Shown in pieces: positions 1 to 11,761 of a DNA stretch of 64,000 bases. The DNA lies in NCBI GenBank assembly GCA_963836175.1, contig CAWIIS010000008.1, positions 76,387-140,386 of the forward strand, given 5' to 3'. The notes under the pieces were generated by a model that saw only the letters and a list, made by a program, of their open reading frames with translations, was not told the DNA's origin and ran no database searches. Each line of letters starts with the position of its first letter. The first letter of the stretch is position 1. The DNA comes from Nitrospirota bacterium (GTDB lineage Bacteria; Nitrospirota; UBA9217). Both the position numbers and the translations under genes were made by a program.

Positions 1-1198
1 GCGTTCTTCCGTCGTCAAGAGGGGTAAGCCGGCTGCGGGGAGGGCAGATCAGGGCGCGCTCCACCGACGGTCGGGCATGCCTTTCGCGTCGAGCACGGAA
101 ACCAGCGCCTCGCCCACACCGAGCTCGGTGATGGCCTTCGCCACATCCAGGCCGGGGTTGGCGCGAAAGGTCTCGGCGGCCGCCCTGACCGCTTTCTGGT
201 CCCTGGGGCGTGAAGGCGCGGAGCGCATGCTGCACCCGGTTCCCGAGCTGGCCCAGCACGGTCTCGGGAATATCCAGCGGGTTCTGGGTGACGAAGTAGA
301 CGCCCACGCCCTTGGAGCGGATGAGCCGCACCACCTGCTCGATCTTGTCCTCCAGCGCTTTGGGCGCGTCGTCGAACAGCAGGTGCGCTTCATCGAAGAA
401 GAAGACGAGTTTCGGTTTTTCGGGGTCGCCCGACCTCGGGAAGGGTCTCGATAGAGCTCGGCAAGCATCCAGAGCAGGAACGTGGCATAGAGCTTCGGGC
501 GACTGCATGAGCTTGTCCGCGGCAAGGATGTTGATCACGCCCTTGCCGCGTTGGTCGGTCTGCATAAGGTCCTGCAGGTCAAGGGCGGGTTCGCCGAAGA
601 AGCTGCCGCCGCCCTGCTCCTCGAGGTCGAGCAGGCCGCGCTGGATCGCCCCGATGCTTGCGGCCGAGATGTTGCCGTACTCGGTCTTGAACTGGTCGCG
701 CGTTGTCGCCCACGAACTGGGTCATGGCGCGCAGGTCCTTCAGGTCCAGGAGCAGCAGGCCGTTGTCATCGGCGATCTTGAAGATGAGGGTCAGGACGCC
801 GCTCTGGATCTCGTTCAGGTTCAGGACGCGCGCGAGGAGGAGGGGGCCCATTTCGGAAACGGTCGTGCGGACCGGATGTCCCTGCTGGCCGAAAACATCC
901 CAGAACACGGTGGGGCAGCCGTCGAAGGCAAAGTCGGCGAGCCCGAGCTGCTTTCGCCCGTGCTGTTGACTCGGGCCGGTCGCCGCCCGGCCTGGCCATG
1001 CCCGGAGAGGTCGCCCTTGACGTCGGCCATGAAGACCGGCACGCCGATCCTGCTGAACTGTTCGGCCATGACGCGGAGCGTTACGGTCTTGCCCGTGCCG
1101 GTTGCGCCGGCGATAAGCCCGTGCCGGTTCGCCATGCGGGGCAGGATCGCGATCTCGTTCTTTCCTTTTGCGATGAGCAGGACTGCTTGCTGTGTCAT
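1..1198 (-). CDS. HerA-like P-loop ATPase (DUF853/YjgR family); runs off the left edge, several apparent frameshifts
   Basis: N-terminus [19 protein letters not shown] (Walker A) and [12 protein letters not shown]; later pieces [36 protein letters not shown] and [15 protein letters not shown] lie in different frames; GGAGG before ATG 1198. Confidence 0.85.
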
Positions 1199-1348
1199 GG
1201 CGCCTCCCGTGATCAACAATGCGTACTTTTTTGCGCGGCGGAGTGAATTATTTCACAAAGATATTTCCTTTGCAAGTTTTTTATGGCTTGCCCTGGGCAG
1301 AAAAAAATCCCGCGCCCCGGACTCCCGAGGCTCTGTTCTTCGAATACA

Positions 1349-2400
1349 TTATTCCCGGATCTCATTATCTGCCAGCGTCCGTATGGAGCGGCCGAGATCC
1401 TCAGCCATGCTCCTCTGAAAGATATCGATGATCCTTGAGCGCTGGAGGAGGAAGCGCCCGCGGCCTGCGATGCGGGCATCTTCGATCAACTCCCATTCCC
1501 CGTTCTGCAAAAAATGCGCGTATGCCGTCTTCATCTCCGGGAACAGTGTTTTCTGGAACCCTTCGGCCAGCGCCAGATGCAGGCTGAGTGCGCCCCGGTC
1601 CCTGGTCTCGATCATCCGCTTATAGGGCCCATGATTGGAAGTGTCGGCGATCAGGTCCTTTATGGCACGGACATACTGTTCCGCCTTGCGGTCTCCGACG
1701 GTTTGGAGGATGTCCTTCCATTCAGGCGCCTGTTCCCGCGCCTCGGCATGTTCATGGCAGAGGACCATTTCGGAGTAGCGCAGCGCCATGCTCTTGAGGC
1801 GCTCTTCGAAGCTGCTGTCCATGATCTGCTGGTAATGGAAGCCGTATGTACAAAAGCATCGTCCAGCGCCGCTGCCTTGCGGGGGTCCAAGGAAGAGAAC
1901 TTGCTCATGAGCAGCATGGACAGCGGTTCGAGGCGCAGCAGGATGCTTGTTCCCTGGAGCATGCCGGCAGAGGTAAAGAGGTCCCGCACCAGTTCCGCAT
2001 CCGAAGTGTAGACCGTCAGTCCGTCGACCTCGCGGACCGCGACGAGGCTGGCCAGGAAGAAGGTCGGCTTCATATACATGCCGTAGCCCGCGCCGTAGAT
2101 GAGTCCCTGCGGGACCAGCAGGCGGTTGATCCCGTCCAGGTCAAAGGGGTCATAGCTCTTCCCGTTCAGCGTTAGACTGCGGAAAGTTTGCCGCTCCAGC
2201 GCCGGCCATGCCGATTCCTTTGCCTGGATCCAGGCGCCGATCGCATCACTTCTGATCTCTGCCCGAAAGGCGAGGCCCTTCTCGGACCGGTAGAGGTCTC
2301 GATAACGGATCAGCAGCCCGCAGATCGAGAAATAGCCCCAATACCGCGCGTCCGAAACGTCACAATTGAATTTGATGTCCCTGAGGAGAGTGTCGTCCAT
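1349..2400 (-). CDS. Conserved hypothetical protein resembling the Sfum_1244 family; frameshift near 1830
   Basis: ORFs 1660..2427 and 1349..1822 join into one protein; motifs NCDVSDA..YFSICGLL.RYRDLY, YGAGYG..MKPTFFL, HEHAE, RAIKDLIADT; family name recalled, not searched. Confidence 0.65.
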
Positions 2401-2681
2401 GATGCCCCCCGTGTCCCTGCCATGCATTATTCACCAAAGGACAGGAAAAGTAAACGGTCAAAAATGATGCCGGTGTTCCTGCGGCACGGTCACCTTTGTG
2501 CGATCAAAGTTTATTGCTGCAAGAGGATCAGTGCCCGGAAAAATCGGCTTTTTGGGCATTTTTCGCGTAAAAAAACCAGACAAGCGCACCGCAAAATAAT
2601 GTATGGCCACGGCCGGAGATGTACCAGATATGGTGAAAACCGCCAGGTATGAAAAAAGTATAAGAAAAATGAAGAAAAGGC

Positions 2682-2711
2682 TTGACAATATTCATGTACT
2701 TATATCATAAT
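2682..2711 (+). promoter_or_regulatory. Putative sigma70 promoter of the HTH-pilMNOPQ operon
   Basis: TTGACA (2682-2687), 18 nt, CATAAT (2706-2711) in an AT-rich intergenic region. Confidence 0.5.
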
Positions 2712-2760
2712 AACTATACTTACTATAACTATCCATATTAATGTTCTTAGAGAGGGTAGC

Positions 2761-2961
2761 ATGGTTACGCGCAAACAACCGAAAAAATACAAAACCAGCG
2801 AAATCTGCGACAAGTATGATATCTCCCGCGCAACACTGTTCCGGTGGGAGAGTCAGGGGATCCTGAGCGGGGTTGAGCGCGATTGGCGCGGCTGGAGATT
2901 GTACACTGAGAGCAATCTGAAGACCATCGACAAGATCATCAGGGGCAAGAATACCGTTTAG
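2761..2961 (+). CDS. Small (66 aa) MerR-type HTH DNA-binding protein without an effector domain
   Basis: YKTSEICDKYDISRATLFRWESQG..ERDWRGWRLY fits a MerR winged HTH; GAGGG RBS. Confidence 0.8.
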   Translation: MVTRKQPKKYKTSEICDKYDISRATLFRWESQGILSGVERDWRGWRLYTESNLKTIDKIIRGKNTV

Positions 2962-2983
2962 CCAGGCGAGTGCCGGAGAGAAC

Positions 2984-4033
2984 ATGCTCTTTGCGAGAAA
3001 AATAGAACCAATAGCGCTGGACATCGGGTCCACCTTCATCAAGCTGGTGCAGCTGAAGGGGACGGAAAAGAACTACCAGCTTGTCAAGTTCGGCATGATA
3101 CCCCTGCCGCCCGAGGTCATCGTCGAAGGCGCGGTAATGGACGCCGGCAGGGTTGTTGAGGCGATCAAAGAGCTGGTGGCACAGCAGAAGGTCTCGACCA
3201 AGAGCGTGGTCATATCGGTCTCCGGGAGTTCCGTGATCATCAAACGCGTCTCCGTTGCCGACATGTCCGACGAGGAGCTTGCCGAGTCAATCAAGTGGGA
3301 GGCCGAACAGTACATCCCCTTCTCCATCGACGATGTGAACGTCGACTTTCAGAAGCTGGGTCCCGCCGCCACCGAGGGGCAGGCAGACGTTCTGCTGGTG
3401 GCGGTGAAAAAGGACAAGATCAACGATTATGTCAACCTGGTCAAGGAAGCGGGGCTTGAGCCCGTGGTGATGGACGTGGACGCCTTTGCACTGGCCAACA
3501 TGTATGAACTGAACTATGAAATGGAATCAGGCGCCACCGCCCTCCTCAACATCGGGGCTTCCGTGATGAACATCAATATTCTTCGGGACGGGATCTCGAT
3601 CTTTACCCGTGACATCACGGTCGGCGGCAACCGCTACACCGATGCGCTGCAGCGCGATTTCGGGCTGTCCTACGAGGACGCCGAGAAGGTGAAGCGGGGC
3701 GAGCACGTTGAAGGTGAGGACCGGGAGCAGCTGGCAGCCGCGATCGCCGCGGTTACCGAGGATATTGTGGCCGAGACGCAGCGTTCATTCGAATTTTTCC
3801 GCTCCACGACCGGGAACGAACCGGTGGCGCGGGTGCTGGTATCGGGAGGATGCGCACGGATCGGACAGTTCAGCACCATCCTCTCGGAGCGGCTGGAGAT
3901 ACCGGTGGAAGTGGCGAATCCTTTCAAGAACCTGAAAATTGACCCGAAACGTTTTAATCCCGCCCTCATTGAAGAGGCCGCACCCATGTGCGCCGTGGCG
4001 GTGGGACTCGCTATGAGGAGGCCCGGGGACTGA
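2984..4033 (+). CDS. pilM: Type IV pilus assembly ATPase-like protein PilM
   Basis: Actin-like IALDIGS..IK motif, WEAEQYIPF, LLNIGA, VSGGCA; first gene of the pilMNOPQ order. Confidence 0.95.
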   Translation: MLFARKIEPIALDIGSTFIKLVQLKGTEKNYQLVKFGMIPLPPEVIVEGAVMDAGRVVEAIKELVAQQKVSTKSVVISVSGSSVIIKRVSVADMSDEELAESIKWEAEQYIPFSIDDVNVDFQKLGPAATEGQADVLLVAVKKDKINDYVNLVKEAGLEPVVMDVDAFALANMYELNYEMESGATALLNIGASVMNINILRDGISIFTRDITVGGNRYTDALQRDFGLSYEDAEKVKRGEHVEGEDREQLAAAIAAVTEDIVAETQRSFEFFRSTTGNEPVARVLVSGGCARIGQFSTILSERLEIPVEVANPFKNLKIDPKRFNPALIEEAAPMCAVAVGLAMRRPGD

Positions 4034-4581
4034 TGATAAAGATAAATCTCCTCCCGACCAAACGGAAACCTCCGAAGAAACTGACCGAACTGCAGCAGCA
4101 GCTGATCCTCGGCGTGCTGCTGTTGACGGTGACCGTGGGCGGCGTGGCGTTTTTCTGGATGAAATTGACCGTCCAGGCCGCCGAACTGCAAGAGAAGGTC
4201 AATACCGCAAAAGCAACGGCGGAAGAACAGAAGAAAAAGCTGGCGAAGGTCGCTAATGTGGAAGAGGACCGGAAAAAGGTCCTGGAAAAGATCAACATCA
4301 TTGAACAGCTGAAAAAGAACCAGAGCGGCCCGGTCAAGCTTCTTGATAAGATCAGCAGGGCATTGCCCAAGGGACTGAACATTACGTCGCTCGTGGAAAA
4401 AACCGGACAGGTGAATGTCGATGGGACCGCTTTTTCGAACAATGAAGTGGTGCAATTTGTCGACAACCTTAAAGCCGAACCCTTTTTCGCCGAGGTCATG
4501 CTCCTGGAATCGAAACAGGCCAAGGTCGAAAACATTGATGTCTATCAATACAAACTTCAGTTCAAGGTCAAGGGAGAGTAA
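4033..4581 (+). CDS. pilN: Type IV pilus assembly protein PilN
   Basis: MIKINLLP N-terminal motif, single TM, coiled coil; TGATG overlap with pilM. Confidence 0.93.
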   Translation: MIKINLLPTKRKPPKKLTELQQQLILGVLLLTVTVGGVAFFWMKLTVQAAELQEKVNTAKATAEEQKKKLAKVANVEEDRKKVLEKINIIEQLKKNQSGPVKLLDKISRALPKGLNITSLVEKTGQVNVDGTAFSNNEVVQFVDNLKAEPFFAEVMLLESKQAKVENIDVYQYKLQFKVKGE

Positions 4582-5198
4582 TGGGTCTCGTCGATAAAAT
4601 ACAGAAGATCCCCGCAAAAACCCGGCTCTACAGCTTCATCGGGTTCCTGTGCGTGCTGGTCGGGCTATTCGTTTATTTTAAATACATCCCCCTGAACTCC
4701 GAAATCAGAAAGAATGAGATTGTCTTAAAGGAGACAGAGGCAACAATACGGCGCAATGACGAACGGATCATGAAACTGGCCGAACTCGAACAGGAGGTCG
4801 TGACGCTCAACGCGAAGCTGAAGGTCCTGTCGGAACAGCTGCCGCTGGAGACCGAGGTGTCGACGCTGCTCGGCGAAATCCAGGGCCTGGTGAACAAATC
4901 CGGCCTCACGCTCAAGCTGTGGAAACCCGAGAAGCGGCGGACCCATGCGAGCGGTCTGTATGAGGAAATCCCCATTTCCGTGGACCTGATCGGCGGGTAT
5001 CATAATGTGGGGGTATTTCTTGACAGTATCGGCAAAGTGAAACGCATCGTGAATATATTGAACATCAAAATGGGCCAGCCGAAGGCGAACCCTGACGGGG
5101 CAATGCAGATTGCCATCAGTTGTACGGCCATGACGTTCGCCGCCGCGGAGAAAAAAGTTGAGACAGCGCCAAAAACACCAGCAAAAAAGAAGCGATAG
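4581..5198 (+). CDS. pilO: Type IV pilus assembly protein PilO
   Basis: N-terminal TM, coiled coil, LP...EV..LL, YEEIPI.V...GGYH..G.F; synteny. Confidence 0.92.
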   Translation: MGLVDKIQKIPAKTRLYSFIGFLCVLVGLFVYFKYIPLNSEIRKNEIVLKETEATIRRNDERIMKLAELEQEVVTLNAKLKVLSEQLPLETEVSTLLGEIQGLVNKSGLTLKLWKPEKRRTHASGLYEEIPISVDLIGGYHNVGVFLDSIGKVKRIVNILNIKMGQPKANPDGAMQIAISCTAMTFAAAEKKVETAPKTPAKKKR

Positions 5199-5727
5199 CC
5201 TGACGGGTCTGCTCCCCGGCTTCCTGGCAGCGTTGCTGACCATCAGCGCGGGGTGCTCTGACTCGAAGAAGCCCGCCAGCCCTTCGTCCGGCAAGGCGAA
5301 GCAGACGGCGCCGACGGTCACTTCGCAAGTGACGCCGACGACCGTCGTCTCGGTCCCAGGCCAGGGCGCCGCCGATTATGCGTACGATCCTGAAGGCCGG
5401 CGCGATCCGTTCGCTCCGATTGTGAGCCGCGCGAGCAAGCTAACAGGCCAGACCAACCTGCCGCCGCTGGAGCGCTACCCCATCAGTGAATTCAAAATGA
5501 CCGGCATCCTCTGGGGGGGCTTCGGGTATAATGCCATGCTGGAAGGCCCGGACGGCAAAGGGTATTTTGTGCATGTCGGGTCGATCATCGGTCCGAACCG
5601 GGCAGTGGTAAAAAAAATAACCGAGGATTCCCTGCTGCTTGAAGAAAAATTTAAGAATGATATGGGCGCTGATGTGCGCAGGGAAATTATTATAAATCTC
5701 CGGAAAACACAGGAGGGGATGCAATGA
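5158..5727 (+). CDS. pilP: Type IV pilus lipoprotein PilP (start uncertain)
   Basis: Lipobox SAGC, YDPEGRRDPF, PLERYPISEFKMTGILW; synteny. Confidence 0.88.
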   Translation: MRQRQKHQQKRSDSLTGLLPGFLAALLTISAGCSDSKKPASPSSGKAKQTAPTVTSQVTPTTVVSVPGQGAADYAYDPEGRRDPFAPIVSRASKLTGQTNLPPLERYPISEFKMTGILWGGFGYNAMLEGPDGKGYFVHVGSIIGPNRAVVKKITEDSLLLEEKFKNDMGADVRREIIINLRKTQEGMQ

Positions 5728-8007
5728 CGTCCGTTCAACCCCGTTTCAAAATAGGCTGCCTGCTGCTCCTTGTTCCCTTTATTTTCATGATGAACGGTTG
5801 TGCCGGCACGACGCCCTCGGCAACGCAAGAGGCCAGGCTGGTTGTCATTGAAAAGATCGAACCGCGAGAAACGGATGGCAAAACCGAACTGGTCATCTCC
5901 GGCGGGGAACCCATTCTGCAATATACCTCGTTCCAGCTCACAGAGCCGCTTCGGCTGGTCGTCGATATCCCTGATGCTGATGTCAGGAACTTCAAGGACC
6001 CCCTGAACGTGGATAAAGGACCGGTGGGAACGGTCACGCCGACCCAGATGGACACGATCGCACGTCTTGAGATCGGCCTGACCCAGACGGCGGATGCCAA
6101 GGTATACCAGCTCGACGGACAGCTGATCGTTGAACTAACCAGGCCGGATGACACGGCGAAGGCCGAAACCGGGGCCATCACTCCGGTCCCGCCCGCGGAA
6201 CAACCGGTCGCACCAGCGGTCAGCCAGGAAAAAGGCACGGCAACCATTGTGACGTCGGTGAAGGCAACGGCTGGAAAGGACGGCGTCAATGTCGTCATTT
6301 CCGGCAACGGCACCATCCAGCCAAACACGTTCATGCTTGAGGGAAAAAGGCTTGTCATTGACATTCCCGGGGCCACCAGCAAAGTAAGGCCGACCGTGAT
6401 CCCGGTCCGGAAGGGCGGCCTCGACAAGAGTGCGCGTCGGCCAGCATAAGGACGGCGATGAGAAAAAAGTGCGCGTGGTGCTCGATCTCACGAAAACCAT
6501 GGAGTACACGGTCACGCCGAGCGGAAATACCGTTATCATCGCCATGAATGCGACGGCTGCGCCGGCTGCGGCGGCAGAGACCCCGGTCCAGGAAAAGGCG
6601 GCAGGGGCTCCGGCGGCGGCAGCGCCGGCTGCTGAAAAAGAGGTGGCGGCGGTTGAACCGGCAGCGCCTAAGCAAACGGCCGAGCCGGCCGCGATCCAGG
6701 CGCCGGTCCGAGATGAGGCCCTGGTTGTCGGCGCCAGCAAGTTTTCCGGCAAAAAGATCTCTCTTGATCTCCAGGACGCTGACCTGATAACGGTGATGAG
6801 ACTTTTTGCCGAGGTGGCGAATCTGAACATTATTCTTGCTCCCGATGTGAAGGGCAAGGTCACGGTGCGCATGGTCAGGATCCCCTGGGACCAGGCCATG
6901 GACATTATCCTGAGAATGAACGGCCTGGGCTATGTGCTCGAGGACAATATCCTTCGTATCGCCAGCACAGCGGAACTGACAAAAGCAATCTGATGAGCAG
7001 ATCAGCGCAAAGGAATCGAAAAAGAAAGCTGAGGACCTGGTAACCACGGTGGTTTCCATAAATTATGCCGGCGCCAAGAATCTGGAGCCGACGCTCAAAA
7101 AGTACTGTCGCCGCGCGGCGAGACCGTAGTGGATGATGCGGACCAATACTATCATCATTAAGGAAATCGGCTCGAAATATGGATGATGTCCTTGCGCTCG
7201 TCAAAAACCTCGATAAGGCCATCCCGCAGGTCATGATCGAGGCGAAGATCGTCGAGGCATCCCTGGCTTTCAGCCGTGACCTGGGCGTGCAGTGGGGCAT
7301 CGATTATAAGGCGGGAGCGGCGACAGGGAACCCGACAGGATTGCAGTTTCCGAACACGATCGGGGTAACGGGAGCGCCGGGAGCGGGAAAGCGGGCCGTC
7401 CGGCGTAGGTAATTACCTGGTAAACCTTCCGGCGGCAACGGGATCGGGCGCCGGCGGAGCGATCGGGTTCACCTTCGGGTCGCTCAGTAAAGCGTTCAAT
7501 CTGGATGTTATTTTATCGGCGATGGAATCGACCGGCGAGGGCAAGGTGATCTCGACGCCCCGGGTAAGCGCCCTCAATAATAAGGAAGCGAGAATATCGC
7601 AGGGTGTAAAAATACCGTTTCTCAGCCCGACTGCCGCCGGCCAGCCCCAGGTCTCGTTTATGCAAGCCGATTTGGCCCTTACCGTGACGCCGCAAGTGAC
7701 GCCTGATAATAAAATATTCATGAAGATCAGCGCGACGAAGAACGCGCCTGACACTTCGCTGTCTGTACAGGGCCAACCGTCCATACGGACAAACGAGGCC
7801 CAAACGGAAATCCTTCTTTCAGACGGAGAGACAGCGGTGATCGGCGGTATTTTGATCATGGATCGCGGCACTAGTATCGCAAAAGTGCCGTTTTTCGGCG
7901 ACCTTCCGCTTATCGGGTGGCTGTTCCGCACAAATACCACCCGGGAAGAAAAACGTGAACTGCTTATTTTCATTAAGCCGAATATCATAAGGCAGGAAGT
8001 GATCTAG
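5724..8007 (+). CDS. pilQ: Type IV pilus secretin PilQ with AMIN domains; split by several apparent indels
   Basis: AMIN PLRLVVDIP and RLVIDIP; KISLDLQDAD..IPWDQAMD; QVMIEAKIVEA; secretin C-terminus GETAVIGG..KVPFFGDLPLIGWLF. Confidence 0.92.
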
Positions 8008-8059
8008 GGAAGATGCGGTTATCCGGGAGTTTGGTGTGTAAACCATTACGCAATTGGGG

Positions 8060-8085
8060 GCCCGGCTGCCATTGCCGGGCGTTTC
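8060..8085 (+). terminator. Possible hairpin terminator after pilQ
   Basis: GCCCGGC-7 nt-GCCGGGC followed by only a short GTTTC tail. Confidence 0.35.
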
Positions 8086-8189
8086 AGACTTCTGGAGTTT
8101 ATCGTAAAAGTACGAATTAACAGTTAGTTCGGTCTGTCTTATCTTTTGGCATTATAGTTGTATGTTTAGAATACGTTTGGGAGGTATTT

Positions 8190-8663
8190 ATGAAGCTGAC
8201 AGCAAGACTGTTTTCGGTTCTGGTTCTTGCGTTTCTCATTTCACCCATCATACTGTTCCAGGGCTGCGGGGACAATAAGAACATACCCGACGGCTCCACA
8301 ATAACGATCTTGCCAGAAACCGTTGATCTCACCGATCTCGGGGGTCTCGGGGAAACGGTCGTCGATTTCAAAGTGGTCGTGCGATACGCCGATGGTACGC
8401 CGATTCCTTATGCCAATCTGGTCATTACGGGGAAATTCGCCATACCATCTCCCACAGCGACTTACCAGTTTTACTGGGATTCCGGAGGGGACCAGTTTAA
8501 TGCTAGCCCCATACCCGTTGACAACGGTTTTAAACCGCAGACGGACAAAAACGGGGTCTACGACTTTTCCATCGTTGTGTTCCCCGCGACAGCATTCTTC
8601 GACGACATCGTTGTTACATCTGGCACTGCGGTAGGACAAACTCACATAACATTGACCAAGCAA
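8190..8663 (+). CDS. Lipoprotein with one Ig-like beta domain; 3' end approximate because it reads in frame into the next gene
   Basis: GGAGG RBS, signal peptide ending FQGC; beta-rich; no stop before a second RBS, ATG and signal peptide at 8706. Confidence 0.65.
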
Positions 8664-8705
8664 TGCCGCTATATGAGATTTTATTTGTGTGGAGGGGGCT
8701 TCTTC

Positions 8706-11624
8706 ATGAAAAAGACCGATACTTTTGTCATTTTTATCACCATCCTTGCATTTCTTCTCGGCGGATGCGGGGTTGACTCACCGACCCCACCCCCTCCGTC
8801 CACCACGCCGGGAACCTCGACACCCACGACCGTCCAGGTATCGCTTTCCGCCGCGGCCATTGGCAACGGAGGGACTTCCACCGTGACCGCGGTCGTGACC
8901 AATGCGAGCTCTGTCGTGATGCCGAACGTCAGCGTCACCTTCTCTGTCATCGCCACCGGTGCGGGCACGTTCACCCCGTCCCCGGCGGTCACTGACGCGT
9001 CCGGCGCAGCAACGAGCGTGTTCACCGCGGTCACGCCGAACACGACCGCGACCATCCGGGCCAGCGTTACCGTCGGCACGACCACGATCAGCGGCAGCGC
9101 CCCCATCATTATCGGCACGCCGCCCCAGGTCCCCACCTCGATTGTGGTCACGCTGGGCTCAACGTCAATAGTCTCGTTGGGTAATACCACAGTGACCGCG
9201 AAAGTCAGGACGCGGTAGGAGCGGTCATCAGCGGCGTGAACGTGACGTTTACGGTCAGCGATGCGACGGCGGGTAATTTTACTCCAGGGACGGCAGTGAC
9301 CAACGCCTCGGGCGTGGCGACCGACACCTTCACGGCGAATGACGGTAGATGCAGCGGTAACCATCACCGCGACCGTCGGAGCTCTGAACAACGGCGCCAC
9401 GCTTACCATCGGCTCGCCGCCTCTGCCGGTACCGGCGACCATGACACTATCTTCGACGCCGCTGTCGGTCAATATTCAAGGCCAGTCAACGGTGTCCGCG
9501 ACGCTTCTTACCAGCACCGGCGCACCGGCCTCCGGTGCGACGGTCACGTTCACGATCACGTCGGGGACGACCCTCGGCAGTTTCAGCGCGATTGTTTCGC
9601 AGCTCACGATCACGGCGGTGACCAACGCCTCGGGCATCGCCAGCACGACCTTCTATGCCGGCACGTCATCAGGCGTGGTGAACATCCAGGGCTCCGCTAT
9701 GGGCGCTACGGGCGTGATTTCCCAGAACGTGTCATTGAACATCACGAGCGATCCGGCTTCGATCAGTGTAAGCGCCACTAACCCGAGCCTGCTGAGCGGC
9801 CAGACCACGAATTGATCGCCACGGTCAGGAACGCGCTGAACAATCCCGTGACAGACGGGACGACGGTGACATTCGCGATCACGGCCGGCGCAACGAATGC
9901 GGGAAGTCTCTCGTCGACAACTGCCACCACGGTGGGCGGCGACGCCTCCGTCACGTTCACCGCGCACCCTTCAAACAGCGGAAGTCTCGTGATCACCGCA
10001 ACCGCCGGAACGGTATCGGCTACGGTGCTGATCACGGTCAGTGCCGCGGCCACGCAGAGCATCGAGTTCGTATCTGCGGTTCCCGACGTGATCGGCGTTG
10101 CCGGGTCAGGGGGTGCGTCATCTTCGCTCGTGACGTTTATCGCAAGGGACACGAACGGCAATCCGAAATCAGGGAGTCTCGGTTGTCTTTACGCTGTACG
10201 GTCCTGCAGGCGCTACCCTTGCCGCTCCCAGCGGCAGCACCGGATTGGATGGAACAGTAGCGGCGAATCTGCAGGCCGGCACCGTGGCCGGGCCTGCCCG
10301 GATCGTTGCAACGACGACGCTGCCGAGCGGCGCAACGATCTCAACGTCCTCAGGCAATATATCGATTGGCGGCGGCGTGCCTTCCGACCGGTTCTTCAGC
10401 GTGGCGGTCAATAAGTTTAATCTCGACGGCCTCAACTGCGATAATGTCCAGTCCACGCTCACGGCTATATTGCGGACAGATTTGGAAACTATAATATTCT
10501 GGAGGGAACGTCGGTTTCATTTGCAACGGATGCCGGCGCAATTGATACGAGCAATGTGACCGATGCCCTGGGGGTCACGACTTCCGTGTACCGGACCCAG
10601 AATCCGAGACCGACCGATGTGGCGCCGGCCGCATGGGAAACGGCCGCCGGACTGTCCTATGTTGATGGTGCAAGAACGCGAAACCCCCGCGACGGGTATA
10701 TATCCATCGTTGTTTCAACCACGGGCGAAGAGCACTTCGTGGACGCCAATGCGAACGGAGTGTACAATCTGGGCGTTCCTGGTGAGACATTCACGGATCT
10801 TCCCGAGCCGTTCATCGATTCCGACGACAATGGCGCGCATGACACCACGGAATTGTTCTTTGACTGGCGGGTAGGCGCCACGGCGTGCCCGGCGCTACAG
10901 CGGGAGTATACAACAATGCGAACGGCGAGTGGGACTCCCAGATACCGATATACCGGAATGTGAATCTTGTGATCACCGGTCCGCCGAGCTTTGGACCCAA
11001 CACAAGCCATATCGAGAGCGATTCTGCCGGCTTTGGTGCGGTAACTATTGCGCCGGGAGCAAGCGAGATCTTTTACGTATATGTCAGCGATATAAATATG
11101 AATACGCCCATTGCCGGAACAACGATATCCCTGGCCTCGGACGATTCGGCTGCAAAGATAACCATGATCGGCGGCTCGGAGACATTAGCGATGCTCTGTC
11201 AACCGGCCCGTCGGTTGTGACCTACACGGTTAAGAATACTTCAACGTCGGCCGAACCCATCTTCCCGACGCTGCTCGCAACGTACAATTGGCCAGGCACC
11301 TGCGGCGCGATAAAGACGACGATATCCTATTCCGGGCTGGTAACGTTGCAGCCGGTGGAGCCGGCAGCGCCGAGCGTTACAGCGACCGCGGGACCTGGTG
11401 CAGGAAATATCACCCTTCAGTGGGCCCCCGTGGACGGTGCAACGTCATACAATCTGTATTGGGGAACCGCACCTGGACTTACGACGACTTTGATTTCCGG
11501 TGTCACAAGCCCTTATATTCATGGGGGGCGCACACCGGGCACGACATATTACTATGCGGTGACCGCTGTCAACACCGGCGGAGAAAGCCTCAAGTCCAGC
11601 GAGGTAAGTGCTATTGCGCCATGA
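8706..11624 (+). CDS. Large lipoprotein with tandem Ig-like (Big_1/invasin-type) domains, Ca-binding-like loops and a C-terminal FN3 domain; multiple apparent frameshifts
   Basis: Signal peptide ending LGGC; repeated TVTA.V...V.VTF...TDASG.A units; GEEHFVDANANG and EPFIDSDDNG; FN3 ITLQWAPVDGATSYNLYW..YYYAVTAVN.GGES. Confidence 0.8.
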
Positions 11625-11714
11625 TGGAGTTTGAGGCACGGAAAGGCGTTGCAGTGATGATGTCAGGTCGTTCTCCGGACAGTTTTATTCTAATCCGTGA
11701 AAACTGATTTTGCC

Positions 11715-11751
11715 TGCACCCTTGTGCTTTTATCAAGGGTGCAAGCTTTTT
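11715..11751 (+). terminator. Intrinsic terminator-like hairpin
   Basis: TGCACCCTTG-9 nt-CAAGGGTGCA then AGCTTTTT. Confidence 0.6.
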
Positions 11752-11761
11752 AAGGATTATT

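Noticed and set aside
1-2400. HerA-like ATPase as part of an anti-phage system
   Set aside because: Motifs match the housekeeping DUF853/YjgR family, and no Sir2, NurA or nuclease partner is visible in the window
8146-8162. sigma54 promoter before the lipoprotein cluster (TTGGCATTATAGTTGTA)
   Set aside because: The -12 dinucleotide is GT, not GC; possible but too weak to call
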